Assembly: GCA_036985875.1 (NCBI GenBank)
Contig: BTQM01000002.1
Location: forward strand, 1-41,049
DNA from: Patescibacteria group bacterium
GTDB taxonomy: Bacteria; Patescibacteriota; Minisyncoccia; Phycocordibacterales; UBA1539
DNA length: 41,049 nucleotides
Reading direction: 5' to 3'
Shown here in pieces: positions 40,931 through 41,049 of the stretch. The notes under the pieces are model-generated. The model searched no databases. It was not told the DNA's origin and worked only from the letters and a program-made list of their open reading frames with translations. Positions within the stretch are counted from its first letter, which is position 1. Each line of letters opens with the position of its first letter. Both the position numbers and the translations under genes were made by a program.

Positions 40931-41049
40931 ATGGAGCGGATACTTATTAAAGATTTACATGAACATGTTGGCGAGCAGGTGAGTATCGCGGGATGGGTGG
41001 AAACGCAGCGCGACCATGGCAAGCTCATTTTCATTGACCTGCGCGACAG
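40931..41049 (+). CDS. aspS: 5' end of aspartate--tRNA ligase (truncated by the window edge)
   Basis: [39 protein letters not shown] matches the AspRS OB-fold N-terminus (GWV...RDHG.L.FIDLRD). TGcTATGAT lies 9 nt upstream. Confidence 0.75.
   Translation, partial: MERILIKDLHEHVGEQVSIAGWVETQRDHGKLIFIDLRD

Noticed and set aside
1-41049. Alternative genetic code (UGA recoding as in some CPR lineages), and mobile elements or CRISPR
   Set aside because: TGA terminates well-conserved genes at the expected positions (for example the uvrA/uvrC ATGA junction and rplM/rpsI). No in-frame TGA is needed in any conserved gene. No transposase, integrase, reverse transcriptase, cas gene or spacer-repeat array was seen.

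Overview
This is a gene-dense 41-kb window with about 48 protein genes. I found no rRNA, tRNA, CRISPR array, transposase or integrase. Most of the content is housekeeping:
- thyA-folA
- all three excinuclease genes (uvrB, then uvrA-uvrC)
- mnmA, pyrH, alaS
- the infA-rpmJ-rpsM-rpsK-rpsD-rpoA-rplQ-rplM-rpsI ribosomal block
- grpE-dnaK-dnaJ
- trpS and the 5' end of aspS

AlaRS lacks the C-Ala domain, UvrC lacks the (HhH)2 domain and L13 is short. Together with the many orphan membrane or secreted proteins, this suggests a reduced-genome bacterium of the CPR/Patescibacteria type. That is inference only. The genetic code looks standard, because TGA is used as a stop.

The accessory content is:
- a thrombospondin-type-3-repeat surface protein
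- a secreted ankyrin-repeat protein, divergent from an ATP-cone/Mrr-like nuclease fusion
- a CPA2 antiporter and an MgtC-family protein
- an actin-fold ATPase plus a large membrane protein
- a membrane-anchored SAM methyltransferase
- two tandem sensor kinases
- an MltB-like transglycosylase
- RNHCP and DUF5679 proteins

Observations most worth a second look:
1. The two adjacent histidine kinases have reciprocal motif loss. One keeps the phospho-His but has a GPDLEL G2 box. The other has an intact ATP-binding domain but Ser at the His position. They share a 56-nt perfectly identical DNA block in the dimerisation helix, and no response regulator is encoded in the window.
2. A paralogous structured leader with no Shine-Dalgarno (SD) sequence lies in front of both rpsK and rplQ.
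3. A 130-nt rod-like inverted-repeat element lies between mgtC and pyrH.
4. Extended -10 promoters recur 6-9 nt upstream of ATG codons, which implies widespread leaderless translation alongside genes with a classical SD.
5. The uvrA upstream region carries a promoter, two GC hairpins and a perfect palindrome.

All functional calls come from reading the translations and motifs by eye. No database search was run.
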